Positions 1 through 7,931 are shown, numbered from the stretch's first letter. The stretch is DNA of 64,000 bases from an uncultured Thermoleophilaceae bacterium (GCA_963846505.1 CAWJWD010000006.1:408606-472605); one strand, 5' to 3'. The notes: generated from the sequence alone by a model not told the origin. Program-made: numbers and translations.

Positions 1-483
1 CTCGTCGTGGACCTCGGGGACGCGCTCGGCGAGGATGTCGAGCTGCTGGTCGAGCGCCTGTACGAACTGCCGAGCTGGGACGCCCGCTTCGACCTGCTCG
101 ACGTGCTGATCGGTCGCCGCCTCGAGGACGCCGCGCCGCCGCCGCCGGACGCCGCCTGGGCCTGGGGACGGCTCGGGCAGACGAGCGGCCGGCTGGCGAT
201 CGGCGCGCTGGCCGCCGAACTCGGCTGCAGCCGCCGTCACCTGAGCGCGCGCTTTCGCGACCAGGTCGGGCTGCCACCGAAGGCGGTCGCGCGCATCATG
301 CGCTTCCGGCGCGTGCTGGGCCTCCTCGGCCACGACGACGGCACGCGGCTGGCCGAGCTCGCCCAGGACTGCGGCTACTACGACCAGTCGCACCTCAACC
401 GGGACTTCCGCGAGCTTGCCGGGACGACCCCGAGCGCCTACGTCGGCAGCCGCCGCCCCGACGGTCTCGGCGTGGGCGCGTAG
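1..483 (+). CDS. AraC-family transcriptional regulator, C-terminal part (5' end outside the window)
   Basis: Frame +1 is open from base 1. The translation carries the AraC double-HTH signature (LGCSRRHLSARFRDQVGLPPKAVARIMRFRR ... GYYDQSHLNRDFRELAGTTPSAY). Stop TAG at 481-483. Confidence 0.8.
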   Translation, partial: LVVDLGDALGEDVELLVERLYELPSWDARFDLLDVLIGRRLEDAAPPPPDAAWAWGRLGQTSGRLAIGALAAELGCSRRHLSARFRDQVGLPPKAVARIMRFRRVLGLLGHDDGTRLAELAQDCGYYDQSHLNRDFRELAGTTPSAYVGSRRPDGLGVGA

Positions 484-532
484 ATCACATTCGTCCAAGC
501 CGGCGCAACGGTCCGGCCGTACCGTCTCTCGC

Positions 533-940
533 ATGCCCAAGGACCTCTATCCCATCCTCCAGTACCGCGACGCACCTGCGGCCATCGACTGGCTCGAGCG
601 CGCCTTCGGCGTCGAGCGCGTCACCGTCTCCGAGGCCGACGACGGCACGATCGCCCACGCCGAGCTGCGCTGCGGCGACGGCATGCTGATGCTGTCGTCC
701 CGGCGAGCGGACGGCGACAGTCGCTTCCCCGACCACACCGGCCGCGGCTGGATCTACGTCGTCGTCGACGACGCCGACGCCCACTACGAGACCGCGAAGG
801 CGGCCGGCGCGGAGATCGTCTACGAGCTGACCGACCAGGACTACGGCTCGCGCGACTACAGCGCGCGCGACCTCGAAGGCAACCTCTGGAGCTTCGGCAC
901 CTACCGGCCGACGCACGAAAGAGCCGCAGGCCGGACTTGA
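533..940 (+). CDS. VOC/glyoxalase-bleomycin-resistance family protein
   Basis: ATG at 533 (MPKDLYPILQYRDAPAAIDWLERAFG...) lies inside track ORF 416-940. The sequence is typical of small VOC proteins (AHAELRCGDGMLML ... YGSRDYSARDLEGNLWSFGTY). The Arg/Ala-rich stretch 416-532 looks non-coding. The last 19 nt overlap the antisense tRNA. Confidence 0.85.
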   Translation: MPKDLYPILQYRDAPAAIDWLERAFGVERVTVSEADDGTIAHAELRCGDGMLMLSSRRADGDSRFPDHTGRGWIYVVVDDADAHYETAKAAGAEIVYELTDQDYGSRDYSARDLEGNLWSFGTYRPTHERAAGRT

Positions 941-994
941 ACCGGCGACCCCGTCATTACGAATGACGTGCTCTACCAGCTGAGCTACTGCGGC
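922..994 (-). tRNA. tRNA-Thr (anticodon CGU)
   Basis: The reverse complement reads GCCGCAG TA GCTC AGCTGGTA GAGC A CGTCA TTCGTAA TGACG GGGTC GCCGG TTCAAGT CCGGC CTGCGGC T. It forms a perfect 7-bp acceptor stem plus D, anticodon and T stems, with a TTCAAGT T-loop. It is 73 nt and CCA is not encoded. Confidence 0.93.
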
Positions 995-1082
995 GGGCGG
1001 GCCCGAGTTTAGCCACGGCGCGACGGCACCGCGATCGTGGGGGCAGGGGGGCGAACTTCGCGCGCCGGCGACTTAGCCCGGT

Positions 1083-1740
1083 GTGCGACGACTCGAACGG
1101 CTGGAGCGAATCGACGTGGACGGCATCCGCGTGCACGTGGCCGAGGGGCTGCGGGCGCGGCTGCTCGGCCTCGCGCTGCTGGGCGACCTCGAACCCGACC
1201 AGGCGCTGCTGATCCCAGGCTGCCGCTCGGTGCACACCTTCGGCATGCGCGTCGCGCTCGACCTCGTCTTCCTCGACGAGCACAACGAGGTGGTGCGGAT
1301 CGAGCGGGGCGTCGGCCCCGGACGGATCGTCAGCTGCTGCGGCCGCGGAGGCGGTGATCGAGATCCCGGCGCCCGAGCGTGCAAGAATGCCGGCCGCGAT
1401 GGCTGGCCAGGCAAGCACGAATCGTCTCGCGGACGCGCTCAACCCGCGCGTGCCGATCTATCGCGACGCGTACAACGAGTACTTCGTCTTCATCCTGTCG
1501 GCGGTCGGCGCGTCGGTCATCGCGCCGGTCGTCTTCTACATCGCGATGGCGTTCAGCGACCTCTGGGGGCTGCTGGTCTTCGCCGTCGCCTGCGCGCTGC
1601 TCGAGCTGGTGCTGATCTTCGGCATCGCCCGGCCGCAGATGAAGCCGCAGGAGCGTCTCGGCTGGGCGCTGCTGTGGGGCGTCACGGCCTTCCTGCTCGG
1701 GCTCGCGTTCTACGAGCTCGTCGCAAGGCCGACGCTCTAG
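1083..1740 (+). pseudogene. DUF192-domain ORF whose frame breaks near 1332; the family-like C-terminus continues in frame +1 into a membrane segment
   Basis: Frame +3 from GTG 1083 gives a DUF192-like core (GLRARLLGL ... CRSVHTFGMRVALDLVFLDEHNEVVRIERGVGPGRIV). That frame has no stop until 2861 and runs antisense to holB. The expected DUF192 C-terminal motif (A-V-I-E-I-P-A, compare vLElpaG) appears only in frame +1 from about 1333, and frame +1 then reads on to stop 1740. Confidence 0.4.
1354..1740 (+). CDS. small integral membrane protein (alternative reading of the 3' part of the DUF192 locus; possible starts GTG 1354 or ATG 1387)
   Basis: Track ORF 1354-1740 has three hydrophobic spans (YFVFILSAVGASVIAPVVFYIAMAF, LWGLLVFAVACALLELVLIFGIA, GWALLWGVTAFLLGLAFYELV). 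Its stop overlaps the holB stop region, so the two genes are convergent. Confidence 0.45.
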   Translation: MIEIPAPERARMPAAMAGQASTNRLADALNPRVPIYRDAYNEYFVFILSAVGASVIAPVVFYIAMAFSDLWGLLVFAVACALLELVLIFGIARPQMKPQERLGWALLWGVTAFLLGLAFYELVARPTL

Positions 1741-2846
1741 CGCACCAGCTCCGCGAGCCGGAAGCCGAGCGCCGACAGCGCGAGGTCCTCGCTGACGTTC
1801 AGCTCCAGCGACTGGCGCGCGTCCTCGCAGCGCTGGGCGGCCTCGCGCAGGCGACGGCTGTCGGCGTCACCGGCCAGCTCGCTCAGCGTGGCAGCCCGGT
1901 CGCTGGCCAGCACCGCCTCGCCAGCTCCCTCGACGACGCAGACCAGGTCGCGGAAGGTGAGGCCGGTGAGGGTCAGCGCGAGGTCGAGCGCCTCAGTGCG
2001 GGCGCGGCGCCCGTCGCGCTTGGCCGCCTCCTCGAGCTCGCGCTCGATCGCGCGGCGCTCGCGGCCCTTCGGCTCCAGCTCCAGCCGCCGCTCGCGCTCG
2101 GCCGCAGCGACCTCCTCGGCCTGCTCGCGCCGCTGCTCCGCCCGTGCCAGCAGCGGCTGCCAGCCCGGATCGGCATCCGGGTCGAAGGCCGCGGCGGCGA
2201 ACGCTTCGACCTCGCGCCGCAGCTCCTCGCCCTCCGGCGAGGCCAGCCAGCGCGCGCGGTCGGCGTTGCCGAGCGCCAGCCGGGCGCAGGCCGCCGCCCG
2301 CTCGGCCGGCACGCCCTCGCGCTCCAGCGCCGCCGCGATGCTGGCCGCCGGCAGCGGATCGAAGCGCACCAGCTGGCAGCGCGAGACCACCGTCTCGAGC
2401 ACCTGGCCGAGCGAGTCGGTGAGCAGGATCAGGTGCACGAACGAGGGCGGCTCCTCGAGCGTCTTCAGCAGCCGGTTGGCGACCTCGTCGTTCATCGTGT
2501 CGACGCGCTCGAGCACGAACACGCGCCGCTTGGCCTCGAACGGCGTGCGCGTGGCGGCGGCGACGACCGGACCTTCGACGTCGTCGACGCGCATCACGTG
2601 GGCGCCGCTGGGACGCACCCAGGTGAGGTCGGGGTGCGTGCCCGCGTGCACGCGATGGCGCACGGCGTCGGAATCGGGCTGCCCCTCCGCCAGCAGCTCC
2701 GCCGCGAACGCCCGTGCGACGGTGCGCTTGCCCGTCCCCGCGGGTCCGTGCAGCAGGTAGGCGTGCGACGGCTGCGAGGCGAGCGCGGTGCCGAGCACCA
2801 TGCGCGCCTGCGGGTGCTCGGCGGTACCGGCGAGGACGACGCTCAT
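1737..2846 (-). CDS. holB: DNA polymerase III subunit delta-prime
   Basis: Contains HAYLLHGPAGTGKRTVARAFAAELL (Walker A), FVLERVDTMNDEVANRLLKTLEEPP and the SRCQLVRF sensor motif. ATG at 2846 is preferred over the track TTG at 2897. Confidence 0.88.
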   Translation of the reverse strand: MSVVLAGTAEHPQARMVLGTALASQPSHAYLLHGPAGTGKRTVARAFAAELLAEGQPDSDAVRHRVHAGTHPDLTWVRPSGAHVMRVDDVEGPVVAAATRTPFEAKRRVFVLERVDTMNDEVANRLLKTLEEPPSFVHLILLTDSLGQVLETVVSRCQLVRFDPLPAASIAAALEREGVPAERAAACARLALGNADRARWLASPEGEELRREVEAFAAAAFDPDADPGWQPLLARAEQRREQAEEVAAAERERRLELEPKGRERRAIERELEEAAKRDGRRARTEALDLALTLTGLTFRDLVCVVEGAGEAVLASDRAATLSELAGDADSRRLREAAQRCEDARQSLELNVSEDLALSALGFRLAELVR

Positions 2847-2910
2847 GCGCCGCGACCGTAGCAGCGGGGGCTCCCACTGGCCGGGTGCTTCGGACAACGT
2901 GAACTGCTAG

Positions 2911-2939
2911 TGGACTTTGAACTTATGAGGAGAGATACT
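2911..2939 (+). promoter_or_regulatory. candidate sigma-70-type promoter for the 2963 gene (TGGACT-N17-GATACT)
   Basis: Hexamer match only, in the lower-GC divergent spacer between holB and ORF 2963. A GAGAGGGA Shine-Dalgarno lies 6 nt before ATG 2963. Confidence 0.25.
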
Positions 2940-2962
2940 GGGACCCGTCGAGAGGGATTCGC

Positions 2963-4543
2963 ATGACCGCCATCGACGATCCAACACCGGCCCCAACGCC
3001 GGCCGAGCCGAGCGGCCTGCTCAACCGGCTCGCCGACTCCTTCGTCCAAGCTGCCCCGGCGCTGGTCGGGGCCATCAGCCTGGCGGGCTTCGTCGCCGTG
3101 GTCGGAGGCGCGATCTCCTGGGTGCGCTTCAACGCCGCCGAGCTCCCGGCCGATCAGGCCGTACGGGTGATGCCGCGCCAGGAGCTCGTCACGATCGGGG
3201 CCGTCTCGCTCGTCGGCTTCGTGCTGCTCGGACTGCTTACGGTGTTCGTCGTCTGGATGCTCGACCACAACGGCAACCTGACCGAGTCGACGCGCCGCGG
3301 CATCGTGGCGCTGGCCGTGATCGAGATGGCGGTCGCGATCTCGTACTCGCACCTGCCGCTGGGCGTCATCGTGCTGCTCGCGATCTGGCTGGCGCTGCTC
3401 GCGGCCCTCGGCTGGGCGGCACTCGCAGGCCTCACCGACACGACCCGGAAGGCGCAGGTCACGCGCGACGAGCGCGAGACGCTGCGCAATGCGCGAGACC
3501 GGTACCGCAGAGCCGACGACGCGCTGCAAGACGCCGAGCTCGATCGGCGGTGCTGGGACGAGCACGCCCGCGACCATCCCGCCGCCGCGGCCGAGGCCGA
3601 CGCCCGCCATGCCGCGGCACGGTCTGCTCGACAGGTCGCCAACCAGCGCTATACGCGCACCTTCAAATGCGTGTACGCAGCGGTCGAGGGCAAGCCCGGG
3701 GAGAACGTGGACTTGGACTCGGAGGAGTTCCGGGAGGACGCGGTCGAGGAGCTCCTACGCCCGGGCTCCAAGCTCCCGAACCCCGATCTGACGCTTCCGA
3801 ATCGGAACGAGCTGGCAAGGGCGAGGCGAGACGCCGCCGCCGCACTGAGGACATGGCGCGACAAGCTGCTGGGCAACGTCGTGCCGCTCGTCATGGTCGT
3901 CTGCGCAGCGGCGGGCATCGTCGCGCTGCTCTGGTTCCCGGAGACGACCTGGCTGGCGCAGATGGTCCTGGTGACGACCGGTCTGGCGATCGCGCTGCTG
4001 GTGATCTCGCGCACGACCAAGCGCTTCGCCTGGTACGGCCTGGCGGTGTTCTTCTCGGTGTTGATCTTCGGCGGCGTGCTGAGCGTCGCGCGCTTCGTGC
4101 GCACGCCGGAGGTCCAGCCGGCTGCCCTGATCCGCACCGCCGACAAGTTCCCGGTCTGCGGCGTGTACATCACCGAGACCGCGGACCGCATCTATCTCGG
4201 TCGCGTCGAGCTGGAGGGCCCCGGGCACGTCGGCGCGAAGGCCGACTCGGGACGCATCTGGTGGGTGCCGACCAAGGACGTCGACGTGCTCAAGGTCGGC
4301 TCGCTGCAATCGATCGAGAGCGCCCAGAGCAGCGCCGAGCAGCTGCGCCGCGAGCTGTACATCGACCGGGTCGAGACCCACCCGGAGCCACTGGCCCCGG
4401 AGGCGACCGTCGATACGCGCGGGGCGCCCGGCGGCCTGTCGACCGAGGTCAAGAGCCAACGGCCCGCCGAGCAGGTGCTGCCCCGGCGCAGTTACAAGCC
4501 GCCCCTGCCCAAGCATTGCTCGAGCGTGCACGTGCCCGGCTAG
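2963..4543 (+). CDS. hypothetical multi-pass membrane protein with a central charged coiled-coil segment
   Basis: 526 aa with a good SD. About 4 N-terminal TM helices are followed by a charged helical region (RDERETLRNARDRYRRADDALQDAELDRR...). About 3 more TM helices and a roughly 150-aa C-terminal soluble domain follow. I recognise no family motif. It overlaps the tmk stop by 4 nt (convergent). Confidence 0.75.
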   Translation: MTAIDDPTPAPTPAEPSGLLNRLADSFVQAAPALVGAISLAGFVAVVGGAISWVRFNAAELPADQAVRVMPRQELVTIGAVSLVGFVLLGLLTVFVVWMLDHNGNLTESTRRGIVALAVIEMAVAISYSHLPLGVIVLLAIWLALLAALGWAALAGLTDTTRKAQVTRDERETLRNARDRYRRADDALQDAELDRRCWDEHARDHPAAAAEADARHAAARSARQVANQRYTRTFKCVYAAVEGKPGENVDLDSEEFREDAVEELLRPGSKLPNPDLTLPNRNELARARRDAAAALRTWRDKLLGNVVPLVMVVCAAAGIVALLWFPETTWLAQMVLVTTGLAIALLVISRTTKRFAWYGLAVFFSVLIFGGVLSVARFVRTPEVQPAALIRTADKFPVCGVYITETADRIYLGRVELEGPGHVGAKADSGRIWWVPTKDVDVLKVGSLQSIESAQSSAEQLRRELYIDRVETHPEPLAPEATVDTRGAPGGLSTEVKSQRPAEQVLPRRSYKPPLPKHCSSVHVPG

Positions 4544-5139
4544 ACGCGCGCCTGCTCCACCGCCGCCAGCACCTCCGCGTGCACCGCCTCGGGCGGGCGC
4601 GTCGCGTCGATGCGCCGCCAGCGCTCGGGGTCGGCTTCGACCAGGTGCTCGTAGGCCGCCAGCACCGCCTCCTGCAGCGCGTCGCCCTCGTCCTCGAAGC
4701 GGTCGGCCTCGCCCGCACGGGCGGCGGCCTCCGCCGGCGGCAGGTCGAGCAGGATCGTCAGGTCCGGACGCAGGCCACGAGTCGCGAAGCTGTTGATGCG
4801 CTCGACGACGTCGATGCCGAGCGCCCGGGCGCCGCCCTGGTAGGCGAGCGAGGAGTCGAGGAAGCGGTCGGAGACCACCACCCGGCCTTCGGCGAGGCCC
4901 GGCAGGATCACCTCGGTGACGAGCTCCGAGCGCGCCGCGGCGAACAGCAGCGCCTCGCTCTCGGCCCCCAGCGGCACGGTCGCGTCCTTGAGGATCGCGC
5001 GCACGCGCTCCCCGAGCTCGGTGCCGCCCGGCTCGCGCACGCCGAGCGCCCGGTCGCCGAGCGCCTCGCAGAGCAGGCGCGCCTGGGTGGTCTTGCCCGA
5101 GCGGTCGATGCCCTCGAAGGTGACGAAGAGTCCGCGCAT
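4540..5139 (-). CDS. tmk: thymidylate kinase
   Basis: MRGLFVTFEGIDRSGKTTQARLL (P-loop), REPGGTELGERVR and DRFLDSSLAYQG motifs. 199 aa. Confidence 0.95.
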   Translation of the reverse strand: MRGLFVTFEGIDRSGKTTQARLLCEALGDRALGVREPGGTELGERVRAILKDATVPLGAESEALLFAAARSELVTEVILPGLAEGRVVVSDRFLDSSLAYQGGARALGIDVVERINSFATRGLRPDLTILLDLPPAEAAARAGEADRFEDEGDALQEAVLAAYEHLVEADPERWRRIDATRPPEAVHAEVLAAVEQARV

Positions 5140-5180
5140 GGGGCGGCGACGCTAGCACCGGTCGCGAACCGGTCACTAGC

Positions 5181-6116
5181 ATGCCGCGACCTATGCGAAC
5201 GATCGTCACCGGCGGCGCCGGCTTCATCGGCTCGAACATCGTCGACGCCCTGCTCGAGCGGGGCGACGAGGTCACCGTGCTCGACGACCTCTCGACCGGC
5301 AAGCGCGAGAACGTCACGGGCGCGCTCGAGCGCGGCGCACGGCTGGTCGAGCTCGACATCCGCGACGCGGCTGCGGTCGCCGACGCCGTCCAGGCGGCGC
5401 GGCCCGAGGCGATCTTCCACCTCGCGGCCCAGATCGACGTGCGCAAGTCGGTCGCCGACCCGGCCTTCGACGCGCGCACGAACGTGGAGGGCACGATCAA
5501 CGTGCTGCGCGCCGCCGAGGCCGTGGGAGCGCGCGTGGTCAACAGCTCGACCGGCGGCGCAATCTACGGCGAGGGTCAGATCATCCCGGCACCCGAGAGC
5601 CACCCGGTCGCGCCCAAGGCGCCGTACGGGCTGTCGAAGTTCTGCGCCGAGCACTACTGCGACCTGTTCACGCGCCTGCACGACGTCTCGACCGTGTCGC
5701 TGCGCTACGGCAACGTCTTCGGCCCGCGCCAGGATCCGCTCGGCGAGGCCGGCGTGATCGCGATCTTCTGCGGCCACCTGCTCGAGGGCACGCGTCCGAC
5801 CATCTTCGGCGACGGCTCCCAGACGCGCGACTACGTCTACGTCGGCGACGTCGTGGACGCCAACCTGCGCGCGGCGAGCTCGACCGTCGGCGGGGCGATC
5901 AACATCGGCACCGGCGTGCAGACCAGCGTGACCGACATCGTCGAGGCGCTCGCCGCGCTCGCCTCGGGCGACTTCGGCGCCGAGCACCTCGATCCGCGCC
6001 CGGGCGAGGTGCAGGACATCGCACTCGACGCCGGCCTCGCCAGGGACGCACTCGGCTGGGAGGCGCTGGTCGGACTCGAGCGTGGCCTCGAGCTGACGCT
6101 GGCCTCGCTGCGCTAG
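5181..6116 (+). CDS. NAD-dependent epimerase/dehydratase (UDP-glucose 4-epimerase-like SDR)
   Basis: TGGAGFIGSNIVDALL Rossmann motif and YGLSKFCAEHY (YxxxK). 311 aa. An alternative ATG lies at 5193. Confidence 0.9.
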   Translation: MPRPMRTIVTGGAGFIGSNIVDALLERGDEVTVLDDLSTGKRENVTGALERGARLVELDIRDAAAVADAVQAARPEAIFHLAAQIDVRKSVADPAFDARTNVEGTINVLRAAEAVGARVVNSSTGGAIYGEGQIIPAPESHPVAPKAPYGLSKFCAEHYCDLFTRLHDVSTVSLRYGNVFGPRQDPLGEAGVIAIFCGHLLEGTRPTIFGDGSQTRDYVYVGDVVDANLRAASSTVGGAINIGTGVQTSVTDIVEALAALASGDFGAEHLDPRPGEVQDIALDAGLARDALGWEALVGLERGLELTLASLR

Positions 6117-6252
6117 TCCCGCATCCTGCGACGAAATCGTCCGAAAGGATGATGCGCCCACCATCTGGGTGACGCACACTGTGCGCGCAGTCGGGCCAGG
6201 GACTCGCGTTCTCGGCCCCGCCCCCACTCCCGACAGTCCTAGGAGACTCACC

Positions 6253-7252
6253 ATGCACCTGCGGTTCACCCGCTGGCTGGTGGCCGCGATCGTGGCCACC
6301 TGCCTCGCCCCGGCGGCCGCCGCCGCCCAGGACGGCCCGCCCCCGCCGCCGACCGCGGCAGACGGCGCACCCGTCACGACGCTCGCCCAGGGACTCGGCA
6401 CGCCCACGTCGTTCGCCTTCGGCGGCGGCGTCGTGTTCGCCGGCACCGCGCCGAGCGAGGCGCCCGACGGTCCGGTCGGCGGCGTCTACGCGTTGAAGGG
6501 CGGCAAGGCCACCGCCGTCGCGGGCTTCCCGCCGATCGTCTTCGGCCTCGCCTGGCGCAAGGGCACGCTCTACGCCAGCTCCGGCAAGAACCTCTACGCC
6601 GCCAGCGGCTGGGACGGCGCGAAGTTCGCCAAGGTCAAGGCGATCTACAAGGGCGCGAAGACGTTCACCGGCTTCGGCGGCCTCGCCTTCGGCCCCAACG
6701 GACGCCTCTACGCCGGCGTCGCGCTGGACCCGAAGTTCGACCACAAGCTCGCGACCTCCCCGTTCGGGCAGTCGGTCGTGTCGATGAAGCCGAACGGCAA
6801 GGACATCGAGGTCGTCGCCGGCGGCCTGCGCCAGCCGTGGCAGCTGACGTTCGTCAAGGGCAACGACAACCCGTACGTGACGGTGCTGGCGCAGGACAAC
6901 CTGAAGGATTCCGCCGCCGGACTGGATCGTGGTCGCCAAGCCGAATCAGAACTACGGCTTCCCGACCTGCACCTGGGCCAAGCCCAAGCCCTGTCGCGGG
7001 CTGCCCAAGCCGCTGGTGCTGCTGCCGGATCACAGCTCGCCGATGGGCATCGGCGCGATCGGCCGGAAGCTCTACGTCGCCATGTTCGGCGGCCTCGGCA
7101 AGGGACCGGTCGTCGCCTCGATGACCGCGAAGGGCAAGCAGATCAAGCCGTTCCTGAGCGGGTTCGCCGCGCCGGTCGTCGCGCTCGGCACCCACAAGGG
7201 GACCGTCTACGCCGGCGACCTCACGGGGTCGCTCTACAGCGTCAAGCCGTAA
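6253..7252 (+). pseudogene. secreted PQQ-dependent sugar dehydrogenase / beta-propeller-like protein, frame broken at about 6907
   Basis: AGGAGA SD plus ATG 6253. Signal peptide MHLRFTRWLVAAIVATCLAPAAAAAQ. Frame +1 reads to ...VTVLAQDNLK and then turns into junk. Frame +2 (stop TGA at 6902-6904 just upstream) continues IPPPDWIVVAKPNQNYGFPTC ... to TAA 7250-7252. Skipping one G at 6906/6907 restores a continuous protein. Confidence 0.7.
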
Positions 7253-7261
7253 CTGGATCGT

Positions 7262-7290
7262 GGAAGAGGCCGCAATCTGCGGCCTCTTCC
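7262..7290 (+). terminator. perfect 13-bp stem / 3-nt loop hairpin after the dehydrogenase-like gene
   Basis: GGAAGAGGCCGCA-ATC-TGCGGCCTCTTCC, 10 nt after stop 7252. There is no clear U-tract (ACAACATCTT follows). Confidence 0.55.
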
Positions 7291-7339
7291 ACAACATCTT
7301 GTGCTTCGAGCAGGAATGAAGCACTACAGGTAGTAGAAT
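7290..7339 (+). promoter_or_regulatory. two tandem NrdR-box-like palindromes plus a TAGAAT -10 element upstream of nrdR
   Basis: Box 1 is CACAACATCTTGTG (7290-7303) and box 2 is CACTACAGGTAGTA (7322-7335), with centres 32 bp apart. Both resemble the published NrdR-box consensus acaCwAtATaTwGtgt. TAGAAT at 7334-7339 lies 7 nt before GTG 7347. Confidence 0.55.
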
Positions 7340-7346
7340 AAGGCGT

Positions 7347-7931
7347 GTGCATTGTCCGTTCTGCAGCTTCGAGGACACCCGCGTCGTGGACTCGCGTCTG
7401 AGCGAGGCGGGGGACGCCATCCGCCGGCGCCGCGAGTGCGCCCGCTGCGAGCGGCGCTTCACCACCTACGAGCGAGCGGAGGAGCTCGCGGTCACCGTGA
7501 TCAAGCGCGACGGGACGCGTCAGCGCTTCGATCGCCAGAAGCTTCTGCGCGGCCTCGTGCGCGCGGCCGGCGGCCGGCCGGTGAGCGGCGAGCAGCTCGA
7601 GGCGCTCGCCAGCTCGATCGCGGCCACGCTGCGTCGCGGCGGCGACGAGGTCGAGGCCGAGGACGTCGGCGACCTGGCCGAGCGCGGACTCGCGCGCCTG
7701 GACCCCGTCGCCGCGATTCAGTTCGCCTCCGTTTACCGCAATTTGGCGGATCTGGACGAGCTCGAAGCGGTCGTGCGCAGGTATAAGGAGGAACCGCTGC
7801 CGGGCGTCGATCAGCTGCCGCTACAAGGCCTTTCGAGTCCGTCCGATCCCGAGGTCAGCATCGATCGTTCCCCCTTGAAGGGGGCCCCACAAAGCACCGA
7901 GTCGAGGAGCCAGCATGTCCCACAGCCGTAG
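7347..7931 (+). CDS. nrdR: transcriptional repressor NrdR (with a roughly 45-aa C-terminal extension)
   Basis: MHCPFCSFEDTRVVDSR ... RRRRECARCERRFTTYE zinc ribbon followed by an ATP-cone (VIKRDGTRQRFDRQKLLRGL). GTG start. The 3' end overlaps nrdJ by 17 nt. Confidence 0.93.
   Translation: MHCPFCSFEDTRVVDSRLSEAGDAIRRRRECARCERRFTTYERAEELAVTVIKRDGTRQRFDRQKLLRGLVRAAGGRPVSGEQLEALASSIAATLRRGGDEVEAEDVGDLAERGLARLDPVAAIQFASVYRNLADLDELEAVVRRYKEEPLPGVDQLPLQGLSSPSDPEVSIDRSPLKGAPQSTESRSQHVPQP

Noticed and set aside
416-532. Upstream extension of the VOC-family ORF (track start 416), overlapping the AraC gene end
   Set aside because: The first 39 codons are Ala/Arg/Ser/Pro-rich and overlap the AraC CDS. 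The conserved VOC N-terminus begins at ATG 533.
1350-2861. Continuation of track ORF 1083-2861 (592 aa) beyond the DUF192 core
   Set aside because: It runs antisense to holB, has low-complexity composition and no motifs. Only the first roughly 83 codons look like a real protein.
7252-7347. A cobalamin riboswitch upstream of the B12-dependent RNR
   Set aside because: The spacer is only 94 nt and is filled by a hairpin, two NrdR boxes and a -10 element. nrdJ overlaps nrdR, so there is no leader for a riboswitch.
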